From: a virus
Taxonomy: Duplodnaviria > Heunggongvirae > Uroviricota > Caudoviricetes
Length of the DNA stretch: 11,298 nt
IMG/VR virus record: IMGVR_UViG_2740892431_000017
Direction: 5' to 3' (one strand)
Every line of letters starts with the position of its first letter. Position 1 is the first letter of the stretch. The notes under the pieces were generated by a model, which was given only the letters and a program-made list of their open reading frames with translations, was not told where the DNA came from and did not search any database. A program made the translations under genes and the position numbers. Shown one piece after another: positions 8,709-11,298 of the stretch.

Positions 8709-9443
8709 ATGTCTGACAACACCATCCCTGAATATCTGCAACCCGCGCTGGCACAACTGGAAAAGGCCAGAGCCGCCCATCTTGAGAACGCCCGCCTGAT
8801 GGATGAGACCGTCACGGCCATTGAACGGGCAGAGCAGGAAAAAAATGCGCTGGCGCAGGCCGACGGAAACGACGCTGACGACTGGCGCACGGCCTTTCGT
8901 GCAGCCGGTGGTGTCCTGAGCGATGAGCTGAAACAGCGCCACATTGAGCGCGTGGCACGCCGGGAGCTGGTACAGGAATATGACAATCTGGCCGTGGTGC
9001 TGAATTTTGAACGCGAACGCCTGAAAGGGGCGTGTGACAGCACGGCCACCGCCTACCGGAAGGCACATCATCACCTTCTGAGTCTGTATGCAGAGCATGA
9101 GCTGGAACACGCCCTGAATGAAACCTGTGAGGCGCTTGTCCGGGCAATGCATCTGAGCATCCTGGTACAGGAAAATCCGCTCGCCAACACCACCGGCCAT
9201 CAGGGCTACATCGCACCGGAAAAGGCTGTCATGCAGCAGGTGAAATCATCGCTGGAACAGAAAATAAAACAGATGCAAATCAGCCTCAGCGGTGAGCCGG
9301 TTCTCCGGCTGACCGGACTGTCAGCGGCAACACTCCCGCACATGGATTATGAGGTGGCAGGCACACCGGCACAGCGCAAGGTGTGGCAGGACAAAATAGA
9401 CCAGCAGGGAGCAGAGCTTAAGGCCAGAGGACTGCTGTCATGA
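8709..9443 (+). CDS. sid: Sid: external scaffold / capsid size-determination protein (244 aa)
   Basis: ATG at 8709 with GAGGAA Shine-Dalgarno (the track ORF starts 18 nt earlier). 244 aa, coiled-coil-rich; first gene of the sid-delta-psu operon; stop overlaps the delta start (ATGA at 9440-9443). Confidence 0.9.
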   Translation: MSDNTIPEYLQPALAQLEKARAAHLENARLMDETVTAIERAEQEKNALAQADGNDADDWRTAFRAAGGVLSDELKQRHIERVARRELVQEYDNLAVVLNFERERLKGACDSTATAYRKAHHHLLSLYAEHELEHALNETCEALVRAMHLSILVQENPLANTTGHQGYIAPEKAVMQQVKSSLEQKIKQMQISLSGEPVLRLTGLSAATLPHMDYEVAGTPAQRKVWQDKIDQQGAELKARGLLS

Positions 9444-9940
9444 TTTACTGCCCGTCGTGTGGACATGTTGCTCACACCCGTCGCGCACATTTCATGGACG
9501 ATGGCACCAAGATAATGATTGCACAGTGCCGGAATATTTATTGCTCTGCGACATTTGAAGCGAGTGAAAGCTTTTTCTCTGACTGTAAAGATTCAGGAAT
9601 GGAATACATTTCAGGCAAACAGAGATACCGCGATTCACTGACTTCTGCCTCCGGCAGTATGAAACGCCCGAAAAGAATGCTTGTTACCGGATATTGTTGT
9701 CGGAGATGTAAAGGCCTTGCACTGTCAAGAACATCGCGGCGTCTGTCTCAGGAAGTCACCGAACGTTTTTATGTGTGCACGGAGCCGGGCTGTGGTCTGG
9801 TGTTTAAAACGCTTCAGACCATCAACCGCTTCATTGTCCGCCCGGTCACGCCGGACGAACTGGCAGAAAGCCTGCATGAAAAACAGGAACTGCCGCCAGT
9901 ACGGTTAAAAACACAATCATATTCGCTGCGTCTGGAATGA
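9440..9940 (+). CDS. delta: Delta: late-gene transcriptional activator, tandem Ogr-like zinc-finger protein (166 aa)
   Basis: Two Ogr-type Cys4 motifs (CPSCGHVAH...CRNIYCSATFEA and CCRRCKGLAL...CTEPGCGLVFKT); 166 aa, as for P4 Delta. Confidence 0.9.
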   Translation: MIYCPSCGHVAHTRRAHFMDDGTKIMIAQCRNIYCSATFEASESFFSDCKDSGMEYISGKQRYRDSLTSASGSMKRPKRMLVTGYCCRRCKGLALSRTSRRLSQEVTERFYVCTEPGCGLVFKTLQTINRFIVRPVTPDELAESLHEKQELPPVRLKTQSYSLRLE

Positions 9941-10013
9941 GGGCTGCCGGTTAACCCCGGCCGTCGCCGCACACCGTATTTTTATTCTTCAGCATGATGA
10001 GAAAGAGATAACG

Positions 10014-10586
10014 ATGGAAAGCACAGCCTTACAGCAGGCCTTTGACACCTGTCAGAATAACAAAGCAGCATGGCTGCAACGCAAAAATGAGCTGGCTGCG
10101 GCCGAACAGGAATATCTGCGGCTTCTGTCAGGAGAAGGCAGAAACGTCAGTCGCCTGGACGAATTACGCAATATTATCGAAGTCAGAAAATGGCAGGTGA
10201 ATCAGGCTGCCGGTCGTTATATTCGTTCGCATGAAGCCGTTCAGCACATCAGCATCCGCGACCGGCTGAATGATTTTATGCAGCAGCACGGCACAGCACT
10301 GGCGGCCGCACTGGCACCGGAGCTGATGGGCTACAGTGAGCTGACGGCCATTGCCCGAAACTGTGCCATACAGCGTGCCACAGATGCCCTGCGTGAAGCC
10401 CTTCTGTCCTGGCTTGCGAAGGGGGAAAAAATTAATTATTCCGCACAGGATAGCGACATTTTAACGACCATCGGATTCAGGCCTGACGCGGCTTCGGTGG
10501 ATGACAGCCGTGAAAAATTCACCCCTGCGCAGAACATGATTTTTTCGCGTAAAAGTGCGCAACTGGTATCACATCAGTCTGTGTAA
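10014..10586 (+). CDS. psu: Psu: polarity suppression protein (Rho antagonist and capsid decoration), 190 aa
   Basis: 190-aa ORF after delta, followed by a hairpin and the cos site; size and operon position match P4 psu. Confidence 0.9.
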   Translation: MESTALQQAFDTCQNNKAAWLQRKNELAAAEQEYLRLLSGEGRNVSRLDELRNIIEVRKWQVNQAAGRYIRSHEAVQHISIRDRLNDFMQQHGTALAAALAPELMGYSELTAIARNCAIQRATDALREALLSWLAKGEKINYSAQDSDILTTIGFRPDAASVDDSREKFTPAQNMIFSRKSAQLVSHQSV

Positions 10587-10621
10587 AACTCCCCGAAAAT
10601 CCGCCCGTTTTTACTGAAAAA

Positions 10622-10660
10622 AGCCATGCATCGATAAGGTGCATGGCTTTGCATGCGTTT
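10622..10660 (+). terminator. Candidate terminator hairpin downstream of psu
   Basis: Stem AGCCATGCA (10622-10630), 9-nt loop, stem TGCATGGCT (10640-10648), followed by ttgcatgcgttttcc; the U-tract is weak. Confidence 0.4.
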
Positions 10661-10750
10661 TCCTGCCTCATTTTCTGCAAACCGCGCCATTCCCGGCGCG
10701 GCCTGAGCGTGTCAGTGCAACTGCATTAAAACCGCCCCGCAAAGCGGGCG

Positions 10751-10769
10751 GGCGAGGCGGGGAAAGCAC
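10751..10769. other. cos site: 19-nt P2/P4-type cohesive-end sequence
   Basis: GGCGAGGCGGGGAAAGCAC at 10751-10769 matches the recalled P2/P4 19-nt cohesive end. GC-rich imperfect palindromes on its left side (10682-10703, 10732-10751) are possible terminase-binding flank. Confidence 0.75.
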
Positions 10770-10879
10770 TGCGCGCAGACCTTGTTACATACTTAATAAA
10801 GTTCACAAATACTTAATACCATCACGCTCATGTGCAAAACTGTTTATTAAAATGAATACTGCCCTATACATCTAAAGTG

Positions 10880-10917
10880 TCGTTACCATAATAAAAGAAG
10901 ATTATAAAAAGCCGCCA
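10880..10917 (-). terminator. Rho-independent terminator for the minus-strand cargo gene
   Basis: Stem AAGCCGC (10898-10904), loop CATAAT, stem GCGGCTT (10911-10917); the minus strand continues with a U-rich tail (10897-10880), 35 nt after the cargo gene stop at 10952. Confidence 0.5.
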
Positions 10918-10951
10918 TAATGCGGCTTAAATCATACTCATTCCCAACAAG

Positions 10952-11298
10952 TTATTTGACATTCGATGCAGAAACCTTATTAGGCCTAGCATCAATCAAG
11001 ACTAAATCCTTACCTTCTTTAATCCCAAGTTCTTTGAAAGTCTTAAACAATCCAGACAATTCTCGATCAGTAAAATACAAAATAACCTTTATTGATTTTT
11101 TTGTTTCATTTGCCGCCTCATACACTTTAACCTGATTTGCCAGATTCTGTTTAAGCTTGGAGTTACTAGCCAGTTTGAATTCAACCAATGTTTTATCTTT
11201 CGAACCTCTCGATATTTTGTAGTCAACGGGACCACGACCATTATTTACTTCACTATTGACATCAGAAATACTAGGGAAGGTGCGAACAAGTTCCTGAT
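10952..11298 (-). CDS. Partial CDS (C-terminal ~115 aa; 5-prime end beyond window): low-GC accessory gene with PD-(D/E)xK-like nuclease motif, in the psu-cos-int accessory position
   Basis: Frame is open from the window edge to the stop at 10952-10954: QELVRTFPSISDVNSEVNNGRGPVDYKISRGSKDKTLVEFKLASNSKLKQNLANQVKVYEAANETKKSIKVILYFTDRELSGLFKTFKELGIKEGKDLVLIDARPNKVSASNVK. GPVD...LVEFK resembles a D-x(n)-E-x-K nuclease core. Roughly 35 percent GC against roughly 55 percent for the P4 core genes. The track ORF 10952-11188 starts at an internal TTG. Confidence 0.6.
   Translation of the reverse strand, partial: QELVRTFPSISDVNSEVNNGRGPVDYKISRGSKDKTLVEFKLASNSKLKQNLANQVKVYEAANETKKSIKVILYFTDRELSGLFKTFKELGIKEGKDLVLIDARPNKVSASNVK

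Noticed and set aside
8670-9216. Minus-strand ORFs antisense to sid (176, 122 and 134 aa)
   Set aside because: They overlap a well-supported sid gene on the opposite strand and have no start context; antisense artefacts.
10639-10875. 78-aa plus-strand ORF downstream of psu
   Set aside because: It runs through the psu terminator hairpin and the cos site; low-complexity product and no ribosome-binding site.
10920-11135. 71-aa plus-strand ORF at the right edge
   Set aside because: Antisense to the better-supported minus-strand cargo gene, which is open to the window edge and has a matching terminator.

Overview
This window is a near-complete P4-type satellite phage genome (P2-helper-dependent phage-plasmid) laid out in excised/attP-joined order rather than integrated-prophage order. 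Reading left to right: a nested IS30-inside-IS911-like insertion (1-1819), then on the minus strand a disabled P4-type integrase, an attP-like region with a tRNA 3-prime-end mimic, crr iterons, alpha primase-helicase, cnr, orf151, epsilon, the nested kil/eta genes with the RNA immunity triad, and vis. The ori iterons lie between divergent late-promoter dyads, followed on the plus strand by sid, delta and psu, then the 19-nt cos site. The right edge (10952 to window end) holds the 3-prime part of a low-GC minus-strand cargo gene with a PD-(D/E)xK-like motif, sitting in the psu-cos-int accessory position of P4-like satellites; this is the most likely place for a novel or defence-related function, but most of that locus is outside the window. 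All calls come from reading the sequence and recalled P4 biology; no database search was run.
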